Assembly: GCA_903830625.1 (NCBI GenBank)
Contig: CAIKUK010000015.1
Location: forward strand, 37-64,036
From: Candidatus Yanofskybacteria bacterium
Lineage (GTDB): Bacteria; Patescibacteriota; Minisyncoccia; 2-02-FULL-40-12; GWA2-44-9
Length of the DNA: 64,000 nt
Reading direction: 5' to 3'
Translations under genes and position numbers: made by a program
Shown: piece by piece, positions 18,796-28,399 of the stretch
Numbering within the stretch: the first letter of the stretch is position 1
How the letters are laid out: each line of letters begins with the position of its first letter
The notes under the pieces: generated by a model
Seen by the model: the letters and a program-made list of their open reading frames with translations, nothing else
Told to the model about the DNA's origin: nothing
Database searches by the model: none

Positions 18796-19221
18796 ATGAA
18801 ATGGTATTTTGCCTCTCGAGTAAGACATCAAAACAAGATCATAGAGATTACAGAATTTCTCAAACATAAAGGGCAAGATGTTCTGTCTAACTGGGTCTAT
18901 GAAAGTGCTCTCAAGCCATACCACGAGAACATAGATAAAGTTCAAAAACTGGCAACCGAGGTAACCGCTTCTTTGTTGGCAACTGATATTTTTGTGCTCG
19001 TTAGCGACCCCGAGGGAACCGATATGTTTATTGAGCTCGGCGTTTGTTTGGCCAAGAGCACGACTTCTCCGCGAGATATTAAAATATACATAATCGGTGA
19101 GTATTCGAAGCGATCATTAATGCAACTACATCCATCAATTACGCATTTAAAAACACTGCGTGAAGTATTCGAAAGGGAAGGGATTGATTCCAGTGATTTT
19201 ATTATTCCTTCTTTAGATTGA
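18796..19221 (+). CDS. Nucleoside 2-deoxyribosyltransferase-like protein
   Basis: MKWYFAS..., TDIFVLV....GTDMFIELG pattern resembles the NDT/Rcl fold. Confidence 0.55.
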   Translation: MKWYFASRVRHQNKIIEITEFLKHKGQDVLSNWVYESALKPYHENIDKVQKLATEVTASLLATDIFVLVSDPEGTDMFIELGVCLAKSTTSPRDIKIYIIGEYSKRSLMQLHPSITHLKTLREVFEREGIDSSDFIIPSLD

Positions 19222-19248
19222 AAAAATTCCTCTTACGAGGAATTTTTT
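19221..19248. terminator. Bidirectional terminator
   Basis: AAAAAATTCCTC-TTAC-GAGGAATTTTTT. Confidence 0.75.
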
Positions 19249-19254
19249 CTTTTG

Positions 19255-19338
19255 TGCCCAGGGCCGGACTCGAACCGGCAAGCCCTTGCGAGCGAGACAT
19301 TTTAAGTGTCTTGCGGTTACCAATTTCGCCACCTGGGC
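19255..19338 (-). tRNA. tRNA-Leu(TAA)
   Basis: Cloverleaf GCCCAGG/CCTGGGC; anticodon arm AGACA-CTTAAAA-TGTCT; long variable arm. Confidence 0.95.
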
Positions 19339-19349
19339 AATACCAACGG

Positions 19350-19422
19350 AGGCCACGGTGGGGATCGCACCCACAAATAGCGGTTTTGCAGACCGCCGCG
19401 TTTACTAATTCGCCACGTGGCC
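19350..19422 (-). tRNA. tRNA-Cys(GCA)
   Basis: GGCCACG/CGTGGCC; GCGGT-CTGCAAA-ACCGC; U73; T-loop TGCGATC. Confidence 0.92.
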
Positions 19423-20157
19423 AATTTTTTTTAGAACTGTTTCGGTATTCTTATCAATCCTACTAGGACGTAAGCAGAAATAAGCCTTGAAAATATCAAA
19501 TTTTCTCTGCAAATACAAACCATGACTGTCTCCATACATAAAAGAAAATAGTCTTATTGTATCCCTTGTATTATACCGTAAACGATAAGCCCTATTCCCA
19601 TTATAAACTTTGCCTAGACTAACCCCTAGAGTTTTTTCTAATTTTTCTCTAAGGCCAGTTAGAAAATCTTCACTACCAGAAGTAAAAATTACCGAAAGTC
19701 TTTTTAGAATACTCCTTTGAATAAGCCCTTTGCCTCTTTCTAGATACACGCAACCATCCCCATCAAAGTACCCTCGAACAAAATGGGGGAGGACACTAGA
19801 AGGAATACTAGGGAATTTAACTGTCAAAGATTTATCTGGATACATCCCCAAACCAAGCAAGTCATCGTATAAAGCCCTATTACCGATTCTCAAGGAGTAA
19901 GCGGTCCTAGTTTTATAACTTCTGTTTTGATGTTTAAAATGCACAAGTCTTGGTTTTCTTTCTACCACTCTATGCTCTGACCTTAACAGCACCTTTATCT
20001 TTTCGACTGTAGATTTGTCAACGCTCGTGACATTAATATAACTACCTCTCTCGGACTTATACATGCTCCCGTCCGCAAATAAGTAACCCAAAATATAGGC
20101 CATTTCTGGTGTCCAACTCTGGAAAAACTTTTCATCGATTTTATATTTGATACCCAC
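19405..20157 (-). CDS. LAGLIDADG family homing endonuclease-like protein
   Basis: Two motifs, AYILGYLFADGS and FVRGYFDGDG; AT-rich; stop codon lies inside tRNA-Cys. Confidence 0.85.
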   Translation of the reverse strand: MGIKYKIDEKFFQSWTPEMAYILGYLFADGSMYKSERGSYINVTSVDKSTVEKIKVLLRSEHRVVERKPRLVHFKHQNRSYKTRTAYSLRIGNRALYDDLLGLGMYPDKSLTVKFPSIPSSVLPHFVRGYFDGDGCVYLERGKGLIQRSILKRLSVIFTSGSEDFLTGLREKLEKTLGVSLGKVYNGNRAYRLRYNTRDTIRLFSFMYGDSHGLYLQRKFDIFKAYFCLRPSRIDKNTETVLKKIGHVAN

Positions 20158-20222
20158 TTATATAATTATAAGTGGTAAATAATGTTACTGCAAGATTTTA
20201 ATGTACAACGAGATTAAAACTC

Positions 20223-21752
20223 CTAGAGTGTCCGAGCAATACTTTCCTCCTGATAGATTTCTAAGGTGTCCCCGACCTGAATATCGATTGCCGTCTTCGG
20301 GTCAATAATATCAATCCGCATGCCCGTTTCCAAGCCTTCAGCTACTTCAGGCACATCTTGCTTAGCTTGCTGAACCTGGCCGACCTTGGCAATCATGATG
20401 CTTTTGCCGTCGCGCGTCACATCACAGAAAGCGCCACGGACCAATTTGCCCGACAAGACCCGACCACCAATAACTTGGGCTCGAGCGTCTTTTTTAAAGA
20501 GAGCGAGAATTTTGACCTTGCCCAATATTTCCCGGCGAATCTCGGCCACCAATAAAGCGGCCATCTGTTTGCGGATATATTCAATCAGTTCATAAATAAC
20601 ATCAAACGTGGCCAGATTAACATGATCTTTTTCGGCTAATTTGCGGGCGGAAGTTTCTACGGGCACTCGGAAACCGATCACCGAACCGCCACCAGCCGCT
20701 GCAGTGCGCACATCAGAATCGGAGATAGCTCCGATATCATAACTCAACACCGTATAAACGACTTCTTCGGATTTAATCTGCTTAAGCGCCATTTCAATAG
20801 CTTCCAGAGAACTGGAGACATCAGTTTTGATGACTAACTTTAAATATTTCTTGAGCGGATCCAGTTGGGTATGGCTGGTTCTAAGGAAACAGAAGAGGGG
20901 AGTGAGATTAACATTGGCCGCCATGATGTCTTGGGCTGAATCTTTGGTTAAAGCAGTCGTAAACTCACGGCCAATTTCCGGCGGATTCGTCCAGCCCGTG
21001 ATCAAGACCGGCTGAGAGGGTATCGCTGTTTCAAGCCGATTGCCCGTAAAATCTTCCATTGATTTCACTTTACCGATGGCGGTCCCGGCCACGATCCAAT
21101 CGCCGATAGACAAGACTCCTTTGTGAATCAAAGCTGTGGCCACATAACCTCGGTGCTTATCCAGATTGGATTCAATAATGATACCGGTCGCCGGCAAGGA
21201 ACGGTCATCTTTAAGGTCTTCCAATTCGGCTACCAAAAGCACCATGTCCAATAACTCACTGATGCCACGATTTTCTTTGGCGGAAATCTCCACCACCGGC
21301 ACAGTTCCGCCCCAATCTTCCACCAGAATCTCTTCGCCGGCCAAATCTTGTTTCACTTTTTGAACATTGGCCCCAGGTTTATCGGTTTTACTGATAGCCA
21401 CCACGACCGGAATTTTTTCTTCTTTAATAATATGGATGGCTTCCTGGGTTTGAGGCTTGACGCTTTCATCGGCCGCCACCACTAGAATCGCCACGTCGGC
21501 CACCTTGGTTCCGCGAGAACGGATGGCCGTGAAAGCTTCATGGCCCGGCGTATCCAAGAAAGTAATCATCTTGCCTTGAGCGACGGCTTGATAGGCGCCG
21601 ATATGCTGGGTAATACTTCCGGATTCTCCACCGGCTATATTGGCCTTGCGAATAACATCCAATAAACTAGTTTTGCCATGATCGACATGACCAAGCACGA
21701 CTACGATTGGTGGCCGGTTCTCGGAAGCTGATTTTATAGTCGTATTAGCCAT
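20223..21752 (-). CDS. infB: Translation initiation factor IF-2 (no N-terminal extension)
   Basis: [36 protein letters not shown]. Confidence 0.96.
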   Translation of the reverse strand: MANTTIKSASENRPPIVVVLGHVDHGKTSLLDVIRKANIAGGESGSITQHIGAYQAVAQGKMITFLDTPGHEAFTAIRSRGTKVADVAILVVAADESVKPQTQEAIHIIKEEKIPVVVAISKTDKPGANVQKVKQDLAGEEILVEDWGGTVPVVEISAKENRGISELLDMVLLVAELEDLKDDRSLPATGIIIESNLDKHRGYVATALIHKGVLSIGDWIVAGTAIGKVKSMEDFTGNRLETAIPSQPVLITGWTNPPEIGREFTTALTKDSAQDIMAANVNLTPLFCFLRTSHTQLDPLKKYLKLVIKTDVSSSLEAIEMALKQIKSEEVVYTVLSYDIGAISDSDVRTAAAGGGSVIGFRVPVETSARKLAEKDHVNLATFDVIYELIEYIRKQMAALLVAEIRREILGKVKILALFKKDARAQVIGGRVLSGKLVRGAFCDVTRDGKSIMIAKVGQVQQAKQDVPEVAEGLETGMRIDIIDPKTAIDIQVGDTLEIYQEESIARTL

Positions 21753-21794
21753 ATTGGTTCGGTAATTTTACCATTTAAAAACCGTTTAGTCAAA

Positions 21795-21825
21795 AGAAAT
21801 ATGGCTTTAATAAAGCCATATTTCT
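21795..21825. terminator. Hairpin, putative terminator
   Basis: AGAAATATGGCTTT-AAT-AAAGCCATATTTCT. Confidence 0.55.
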
Positions 21826-21858
21826 GCGAAGAAACAAGGTTTTATTGGCCGCTAAATC

Positions 21859-22167
21859 TTAGACATTTTTTCTTTCGTTGAATTGCCGTTCAATTTCGGT
21901 AGCCACGATAAAATCTCGGTCGGTGACTTTGCCGCCGATGTCAAATCTCTGGAGCTCGAACAAAACTTTGCTGTAAAAAATATGAATATCCGGGTGATGG
22001 TCCATGGATTCAAAGAAAGAAACCAGACCGCTCACGAACCCGAAAGAATCCAAAAAATCTTTGAACTCATATTGCTTGCTGATTTTATCATTGGCAAATT
22101 CCCAGCCCGGCAAGGCCTTAAGTTTCTCACGTATCTCCTCTTCGGTTAAGATAACGGGTTTATCCAT
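21859..22167 (-). CDS. Pterin-4-alpha-carbinolamine dehydratase
   Basis: LPGWE..., F.DF, DHHPDI, VTDRD. Confidence 0.85.
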   Translation of the reverse strand: MDKPVILTEEEIREKLKALPGWEFANDKISKQYEFKDFLDSFGFVSGLVSFFESMDHHPDIHIFYSKVLFELQRFDIGGKVTDRDFIVATEIERQFNERKNV

Positions 22168-22194
22168 ATGGTTAAGCTATGATAGATTATAGTC

Positions 22195-22986
22195 ATGCAA
22201 CCTGATAAAAATCAACCGATTGGCGTTTTTGACTCTGGCCTGGGCGGTTTAAGCATTCTCCGGGAACTTAGGGAGCTTCTTCCGCACGAAAACTTCATTT
22301 TCCTGGCCGATCAGGCTTATGTTCCTTACGGCGAGAAAACTCCGGCCGAACTGATTGACCGCTGCCTAAAAATCGGTGAATTCTTAAAAAACCAGGATAT
22401 TAAATTGATGGTGGTCGCCTGCAATACAGCTACGTGCTATGCCCTTCCCGCATTGCGCCAGAAATATGCCCTGCTTATAGTCGGCACGGTGCCGGCCATA
22501 AAACCGGCATCCGAGAAAACAAAAACGGGCGTTATTGGAATTATCTCCACCGAAGCGACTTCAAAAAGCAAAACATTGGCTGATTTGATAACAGCTCATG
22601 CCCGCGATAAACAAGTTATAAATATTGGCTGTCCTAATCTTGAAGACACAGTTGAAGCTGGGGGATTGGATTCTACCGATACCAATGCTCTGCTTGAAAA
22701 ATATCTTGAACCAATCAAACAATCTTCAGCCGACTGTTTGGTTTTAGGTTGTACTCATTATCCATTCTTAAAACCAGCTATTGTCCAAGTGATGGAACGA
22801 GAAATAGAAATAATAGACTCAGGCGAGGCCATCGCCAAGCGGGTAAAAACATTGTTGGCTAATAACGAAACCTCTGCATCCGAAGGCGCAGTCAAGTATT
22901 TCACCACCAGCGAACCGGACCAATTTAATAACATCGCTTCAAAGCTCCTTAAAGAAAAGATTAAGGCTAAAACTGTTCAAATTTAG
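22195..22986 (+). CDS. murI: Glutamate racemase
   Basis: IGVFDSGLGGLS, VPYGEK, VACNTA, LGCTHYP. Confidence 0.97.
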   Translation: MQPDKNQPIGVFDSGLGGLSILRELRELLPHENFIFLADQAYVPYGEKTPAELIDRCLKIGEFLKNQDIKLMVVACNTATCYALPALRQKYALLIVGTVPAIKPASEKTKTGVIGIISTEATSKSKTLADLITAHARDKQVINIGCPNLEDTVEAGGLDSTDTNALLEKYLEPIKQSSADCLVLGCTHYPFLKPAIVQVMEREIEIIDSGEAIAKRVKTLLANNETSASEGAVKYFTTSEPDQFNNIASKLLKEKIKAKTVQI

Positions 22987-23001
22987 GTGCGACTAATAAT
23001 G

Positions 23002-23090
23002 CGGAGAAGGAGGGATTCGAACCCTCGAGGGGGTTTAAGCCCCCTACATCTTTAGCAAAGATGCTCGATAGACCACTCCGACACTTCTCC
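23002..23090 (-). tRNA. tRNA-Ser(GCT)
   Basis: GGAGAAG/CTTCTCC; CATCT-TTGCTAA-AGATG; long variable arm; G73. Confidence 0.95.
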
Positions 23091-23110
23091 CAAAGTTTCA
23101 AAATTATAGC

Positions 23111-24112
23111 TTAATTGTAGTACTTCTTCAAATGTTTTGGATTATGCGAACCAATCATTTTAAAATATCTTTCGACATCTTGCTTACTATTTAATCTAAT
23201 GTGTATACCCGACACAGAAGGGGACATACCTAAATCTCTTAAAATACCAAGCACAGATTCTCTGAGAGGTGCAGAAGCACTGGCAAAATCAATCTTTTTA
23301 TAGGAATACCATTTATTATTTACTTTGTATTTGTTAGTGAATATACAACCATCAGTGTCTACGAGTCCTCGAATACATGCTCTTGAAAATTTAGTATTAC
23401 TTTTTATCCATGATGGTATATCAAATTGTTGCCATACTTTATTGCCAATAACTATCCCGAGGGAGTGCAGATACTTGACCAGGTTACTTCGAGAGATAAG
23501 TAATGTGTTTGTAGACGATTTTATTCTATGGGTAACGCTTGGCTCAACGCCAAATAGCTTCTTCATTAGTTTCTTAACAAAATAACTGTACTCGAGATCA
23601 TCAACATGATGTAATGTTATCGAAATTTGTCTCTCTGTTGTTCCTCCGTCACCCATTAAAACTCCAAAGAATTCTGATAACGCCACTGAAGGCTTGGGTT
23701 TTCGGAAGAGGAGTGGAATTAAAATAGCATTCAGATTAAATTTACCTTCTTTATTCCACCATTTTTGCCAACGCTTTTTTCTATATTCAGGATTAACGGG
23801 AAATTTACCGTATTTTCGCATCACTGTTGCCGCTCCTTTTTTCCCTCCTTCGTAGGTGTACCAGTATCTACCCTTTATTTCTATGTCTTTCGGAAGAGGG
23901 ATAGACGACTTTCTCGAGAGATATTGAGCGACGGCCAGGGGCATAGAACCTTTTTCTTTCTTCCAGTATTCGATGGTCTTTCGATCTACTCCGAATATTT
24001 TAATAAGATTTTGCGAACCAATGCCTAGTTTATTTTCTACGGAATTAATAAATGAGGTCTGTTTACCTTTTTTAAACACTATTCGTTTACTAGAATTAAA
24101 CCGCTCTATCAT
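23111..24112 (-). CDS. LAGLIDADG family homing endonuclease-like protein with N-terminal HTH-like region
   Basis: EFFGVLMGDGG and CIRGLVDTDG motifs; AT-rich. Confidence 0.85.
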   Translation of the reverse strand: MIERFNSSKRIVFKKGKQTSFINSVENKLGIGSQNLIKIFGVDRKTIEYWKKEKGSMPLAVAQYLSRKSSIPLPKDIEIKGRYWYTYEGGKKGAATVMRKYGKFPVNPEYRKKRWQKWWNKEGKFNLNAILIPLLFRKPKPSVALSEFFGVLMGDGGTTERQISITLHHVDDLEYSYFVKKLMKKLFGVEPSVTHRIKSSTNTLLISRSNLVKYLHSLGIVIGNKVWQQFDIPSWIKSNTKFSRACIRGLVDTDGCIFTNKYKVNNKWYSYKKIDFASASAPLRESVLGILRDLGMSPSVSGIHIRLNSKQDVERYFKMIGSHNPKHLKKYYN

Positions 24113-24188
24113 ACTCCCATTTTACCACAAAAAGTGGCTGGTATTATCCACATGGAAATGCTATAATACCTAATAAACCAAGAGTTTT

Positions 24189-24279
24189 GGAGGAGTGCGT
24201 GAGTGGATAAAAACGAGCAGTTTACTAAACTGCCAAGCTCGCAAGAGCTTCGTGGGTTCGAATCCCACCTCCTCCGCCA
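24189..24279 (+). tRNA. tRNA-Ser(ACT)
   Basis: GGAGGAG/CTCCTCC, G73, encoded CCA; GCAGT-TTACTAA-ACTGC; variable arm AAGCTC-GCAA-GAGCTT. Confidence 0.9.
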
Positions 24280-24339
24280 AAACAATGATTTAATTCTTAA
24301 AGGTCGAGTACTTGATTAACTTAATCTAACTATAAAACT

Positions 24340-24495
24340 ATGGTAAAAGGAAACTTTATTGGTGCGGCAATTGTTGCAATCATCTACACGGTCTATATTG
24401 TATGGAACCCCCTTCCAACGAAATCGCAAACAGCGTTAATATTGGTGATTCTTAACGCTTTAACTATCGTATTGTTGTCTTTTGCGTTCAAATAA
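24340..24495 (+). CDS. Small two-TM hypothetical protein (51 aa)
   Basis: Manual translation MVKGNFIGAAIVAIIYTVYIVWNPLPTKSQTALILVILNALTIVLLSFAFK. Confidence 0.5.
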   Translation: MVKGNFIGAAIVAIIYTVYIVWNPLPTKSQTALILVILNALTIVLLSFAFK

Positions 24496-24501
24496 CACTA
24501 A

Positions 24502-25179
24502 GTGAAAATTCATTCCTGGCATTTTATTACTAGTTCAATAGTCTTATTTCTGCTAGATTTTTTAATTTTAGCTAATAAGACAATTTTCCCGAGCCAAGAT
24601 CTAGGAGGGGTTCAAAAAGTTATCGCCATTATTTGCGCCTTAGTTTTTATCGTAGGAATTGTATGGGCTATATTTGAACCGTTTTCGAAAACAACGACGC
24701 AGTCAGAGGCACGGGGAAGCCGACTTGCTTTGACCACATTGGAGATTGTTTTTAACCGACTTTTTGCATTTTTGCTGGTTTTATCCACTCTCCCACTTTT
24801 CTTAAATATACTAACCCTCCCGACAATTATTATCTTTGCCATATTTGCTTCTTTTATTTGGTTCGGTAAAAAATATCACCCTATCACCAATATTATTTTT
24901 CTAATCGTCGCTCTGGGTGTTTATTTTGTCCCGATTACACTCATCGACTGGGGGATTTTCCGTGTTTTAAAGGAATTCCGGATTGGCGGCTTTAATTTTA
25001 ATCAATTTTCCCTGCTCTTTTGCATTGCACCGCTTATCTTTATCTCTTTTTCAATCAGAAATGTTTTGGGTAACATTTTGACTTACTTTAAAATCGGTGC
25101 CCGACGCAATATTTATTTTTTTATTTCCTTGGTTATTGCGCTGATAGCGCCTTGGATTTATCCGCTTTTGAGTAGATAG
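24502..25179 (+). CDS. Hypothetical polytopic membrane protein
   Basis: About 7 hydrophobic segments. Confidence 0.65.
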   Translation: MKIHSWHFITSSIVLFLLDFLILANKTIFPSQDLGGVQKVIAIICALVFIVGIVWAIFEPFSKTTTQSEARGSRLALTTLEIVFNRLFAFLLVLSTLPLFLNILTLPTIIIFAIFASFIWFGKKYHPITNIIFLIVALGVYFVPITLIDWGIFRVLKEFRIGGFNFNQFSLLFCIAPLIFISFSIRNVLGNILTYFKIGARRNIYFFISLVIALIAPWIYPLLSR

Positions 25180-25196
25180 AGCTGTGCTTATCTTTT

Positions 25197-25904
25197 TTAT
25201 CCTCTCGCAATTGCCAGAGCCATGACCGATACTGCGCCCGCGTTTTTTAAAATGCGGGCGCATTCGTTCAAGGTTGCGCCGGTGGTGCAAACATCGTCCA
25301 CCAAGATAATGGCCCGACCGCGAAAAGTTTCGGGATTGAGACAAATGTAAAGACCTTGAACATTTGAAAGACGTTCAGGCCGGTCTTTCAAATCCGCTTG
25401 AGGCGTACCATGAACGGAGCGAATTAATCCTTCGCCGACATCTAAACGATAATGACGAGCAATCAACTGGGCCAGAAGTTCAGCCTGATTAAATCCGCGC
25501 CAATATTCCCGAGTTTTGAAAAGAGGCACCGGAACCAAAAGGGGATTACCTCGCACGATTGAGAAATAGTCACGCTTGGCCAGATGGTCAAGATGTTTGA
25601 AAGCCAGTTGGCTAAGCGGCTGGGCCAAATTCGGCAAAAAACGGTATTTGAAAAGTTTGATGGCTGACGCCACGTTGCGGTCTTTAAAATCACTAGCCAC
25701 GAACAATTGGTCAACGGCATAAGCTTCCCGGCAAAAGACACAAGTCTTACCCAAAGGCGTCGGCCGTTGGCAACCGATGCATTCATTTTGTTTTTTGACC
25801 GGCAAAGCATTGAAACAAGACTGACAAAGATATTCCTTGTTCAAGTATTTACCACAAACGATGCACCGATAGGGAAAAATGATATCAATAAGCCAGTTCA
25901 ACAT
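25197..25904 (-). CDS. comF: ComF family competence protein (zinc ribbon + PRTase)
   Basis: CxxC pairs, VPVPL, RGFNQA, LVDDVCTTGATL. Confidence 0.93.
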   Translation of the reverse strand: MLNWLIDIIFPYRCIVCGKYLNKEYLCQSCFNALPVKKQNECIGCQRPTPLGKTCVFCREAYAVDQLFVASDFKDRNVASAIKLFKYRFLPNLAQPLSQLAFKHLDHLAKRDYFSIVRGNPLLVPVPLFKTREYWRGFNQAELLAQLIARHYRLDVGEGLIRSVHGTPQADLKDRPERLSNVQGLYICLNPETFRGRAIILVDDVCTTGATLNECARILKNAGAVSVMALAIARG

Positions 25905-25962
25905 ATGATGGGGATAAAGTATGGTATTGACAGACAGTTCCTGTGATATAATTCAAATGCTC

Positions 25963-26044
25963 CTACAAATTACTAATCCTTACAAATATACCAATAAAAT
26001 CAGTTTCGGTTATTTGTACATTCGTGCCAATTCGTAATTAGTAG
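25963..26044 (-). repeat. Family C ~85-bp palindromic element upstream of pilM
   Basis: Reverse complement aligns with 55560-55644 and 56319-56403; ends CTACnAATTAC...GTAATTnGTAG. Confidence 0.8.
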
Positions 26045-26051
26045 TAACTAT

Positions 26052-27101
26052 ATGTTCAATCTTTTTGGATCGAAAAGCAAACTCGGCATTGATATCGGCA
26101 CGGCTTCAATTAAAGTTGTCGAACTGGAGAACAATAACAACCGCTTCGCGCTCAAAAACTACGGTCTCTTTGAGATGAAGAGCGACAAGAACACTCCTGC
26201 TGGCGAACAAAGCATCCTTAAACTTCCAGACAGCGAGATTATTTGGGGCATTAAAGAAGTGCTTAAGAAATCAAAAATCTCCGGCCGAGAGGTGATTGCT
26301 TCTATTCCGGCCTTTTCTACTTTTGCCACCGTTATCAAAATGCCCTACCTCTCCGAAGACGAATTGGCTAAAGCCATTCCATTTGAAGCCCGCAAATATG
26401 TGCCTATACCACTGGAGGAAGTGGTGCTGGATTGGTCTATTATCGGTGTGGTCGGCGAAGGCGCCCGACCGACAGTGGAAATATTCCTCGCCGCCGTTCC
26501 CAAAGACGAAACTGCTCGTTATCAAAGCATCATGGCCGGTGCGGGATTAAATCTAAAAGCTCTGGAATTGGAAAACTCCGCACTTATCCGCGCGCTTCTG
26601 GGAAATGATCTTGCGCCGACGGCCATCGTTAATATCGGCGGCCGCAGCACGTCCATTGTCGTCGTCAGTAAGGGTTACGAACGCCTTTCGCACAATTATG
26701 AAGTGGGCGGATTTGAAATTACCAAGAGCATTTCCCGCTCATTGAACATCAGCCTGGATAAAGCCGATGACCTCAAAAAGTGCCTGGGGATGAAGCAAGC
26801 CGACGAAAACATTATCAATGAAGCCATGAGCACTTTGATTGATATGATGGCTTTTGAAACTAAAAAGACCATCAGTTCATTTGAAAATTCCCAAAACGAA
26901 AAAGTGGCTCGTATTTTGCTGGTCGGGGGCATGGTTAATATGCCCAACTTCTTGAATTATTTTAAACAGAAACTGGGCCAAGAAGTTTTCGCCGGCAATG
27001 CTTTCGCCCGCATTGTCTATCCACAGGGTCTGGCCCCGGCCATCGGGGAACTGGCCAGTACTTTTGCCGTCGCCGCCGGTCTGGCTATGCGAGATATATA
27101 G
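26052..27101 (+). CDS. pilM: Type IV pilus assembly protein PilM
   Basis: LGIDIGTASIKVVEL, EARKYVP, NIGG, LLVGG, VAAGLAMR. Confidence 0.93.
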   Translation: MFNLFGSKSKLGIDIGTASIKVVELENNNNRFALKNYGLFEMKSDKNTPAGEQSILKLPDSEIIWGIKEVLKKSKISGREVIASIPAFSTFATVIKMPYLSEDELAKAIPFEARKYVPIPLEEVVLDWSIIGVVGEGARPTVEIFLAAVPKDETARYQSIMAGAGLNLKALELENSALIRALLGNDLAPTAIVNIGGRSTSIVVVSKGYERLSHNYEVGGFEITKSISRSLNISLDKADDLKKCLGMKQADENIINEAMSTLIDMMAFETKKTISSFENSQNEKVARILLVGGMVNMPNFLNYFKQKLGQEVFAGNAFARIVYPQGLAPAIGELASTFAVAAGLAMRDI

Positions 27102-27184
27102 AGCCGTGTTGATAATATAAGACGTTAAAGTGGAGTAATGAGATATAATGTAGTAGTGAGAGTCGGTTTACTTTTTAATAATGG

Positions 27185-27318
27185 CCGGGTAGTGAAAATT
27201 CGACTGGTTTTCTTTAGCGCCATTCGTAACATCACATCTGGCTATAACAATTTAGAGATTCGTAAGCTGTGGCTCACCTAAGAAAACGGTGGTGCAGGTC
27301 GAATTTCTACTATCCCGG
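27185..27318 (+). mobile_element. Family B structured element inserted at the pilN start codon
   Basis: IR CCGGGTAGTGAAAATTCGAC / GTCGAATTTCTACTATCCCGG flanked by TGG(C); removal restores ATG GCT GAT AAA. Confidence 0.75.
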
Positions 27319-27875
27319 TGGCTGATAAAGGCGGAATACAATTACTCCCTGAGAACAGAAAGAGGATTGACGTTAAGATTCCAGGAGAGAACAGGCTGAT
27401 TTACACAGGCGCTATTCTTATTGTGCTGGTGTTGGTTTTGGCGGGAGGATTATGGATTTATAGCGGAAGTTTGACCAATCAAATTAAGGCCGATGATGAC
27501 CAAATAACGGCTCTGGAAAAACAACGCGACGCCAAAGCGGAACAGAATTTAATTACTTTGGCCAAACAGCTCAGTATTACCAGTCAGATTCTCAAAAACC
27601 ATACCTACTGGTCGGTCGGACTTTCTAAAATAGAATCCGCGCTCCAAAGCAATGTTCAATTTAAATCATTTTCAGCTACCTTGGGCGAAAACAGTCTTCA
27701 TATCCGGGCCACGAGCGATAATTACACCACGATTGCCAAACAATTAGCCGCCTTTGTGGCCGATGATGCGATTAAAGACATCTCTCTCGACGGGGTTAAT
27801 GCTCTTACCTCCGGCAAGCTTGATTTCAATATTAGAGTTGGATTTGACCCCGCAAAATTCTTAACAAACCAATGA
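27318..27875 (+). CDS. PilN-like protein
   Basis: IQLLP N-terminal motif, TM, coiled coil; position after pilM. Confidence 0.75.
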   Translation: MADKGGIQLLPENRKRIDVKIPGENRLIYTGAILIVLVLVLAGGLWIYSGSLTNQIKADDDQITALEKQRDAKAEQNLITLAKQLSITSQILKNHTYWSVGLSKIESALQSNVQFKSFSATLGENSLHIRATSDNYTTIAKQLAAFVADDAIKDISLDGVNALTSGKLDFNIRVGFDPAKFLTNQ

Positions 27876-28399
27876 GTTTACCCCGCACCTATATCGGAGC
27901 CTTTCTTATAGCTATAGCCGGAATCATTTTCTGGACATTTTTGTTGCCAACCTATGACAATGTCATGGACCAACGCAATGCCTTAACTGAACGAGCCACT
28001 CTTCTAAACGACCGCCAGGCCATAATCAATAAAATTAATGACATGGCCAAAGAATATGCAACCAGGGCCACCGACATAACCCGTTTCACGTCTATCATCC
28101 CGGCTAAAAAAAGTGCGCCGGAACTGGTCTCATCCATTCAAGCTCTGGCTACTCAAAACGGCCTCCAACTCACAACTATTACTTTGAGCGGAAATTCAAA
28201 CCCAGAGGCCAACACCTACCAAAGACAACCCGTTGATCTCGGACTCAGTGGCAGTTATCTGGCCTTCAAATCTTTCTTAATGGCTCTGGAGAGAAATATC
28301 CGTCTGATTGATATTGTTTCTATAGACGCCAGTCCGACGGCTGAAAATTCTCCCATCATCGGTTTCCAGATTAAAGGCAACGCTTATTATATAAAATGA
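27872..28399 (+). CDS. pilO: PilO-like protein
   Basis: TM, coiled coil, SGSY..FKSFL.ALERNIRLIDI. Confidence 0.8.
   Translation: MSLPRTYIGAFLIAIAGIIFWTFLLPTYDNVMDQRNALTERATLLNDRQAIINKINDMAKEYATRATDITRFTSIIPAKKSAPELVSSIQALATQNGLQLTTITLSGNSNPEANTYQRQPVDLGLSGSYLAFKSFLMALERNIRLIDIVSIDASPTAENSPIIGFQIKGNAYYIK

Noticed and set aside
20223-21752. IF-2 as a truncated pseudogene
   Set aside because: The G-domain and C-terminal domains are intact; short IF-2 is expected in reduced genomes
24144-24152. Perfect DnaA box TTATCCACA between the LAGLIDADG gene and tRNA-Ser(ACT)
   Set aside because: A single 9-mer can occur by chance in 64 kb
19350-24279. Group I introns in tRNAs encoding the LAGLIDADG proteins
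   Set aside because: Every tRNA folds as a complete uninterrupted cloverleaf and the ORFs lie outside them
25927-25952. TTGACA...TATAAT as a canonical -35/-10 pair for pilM
   Set aside because: The spacer is only 14 nt; only the extended -10 (TGATATAAT) is plausible
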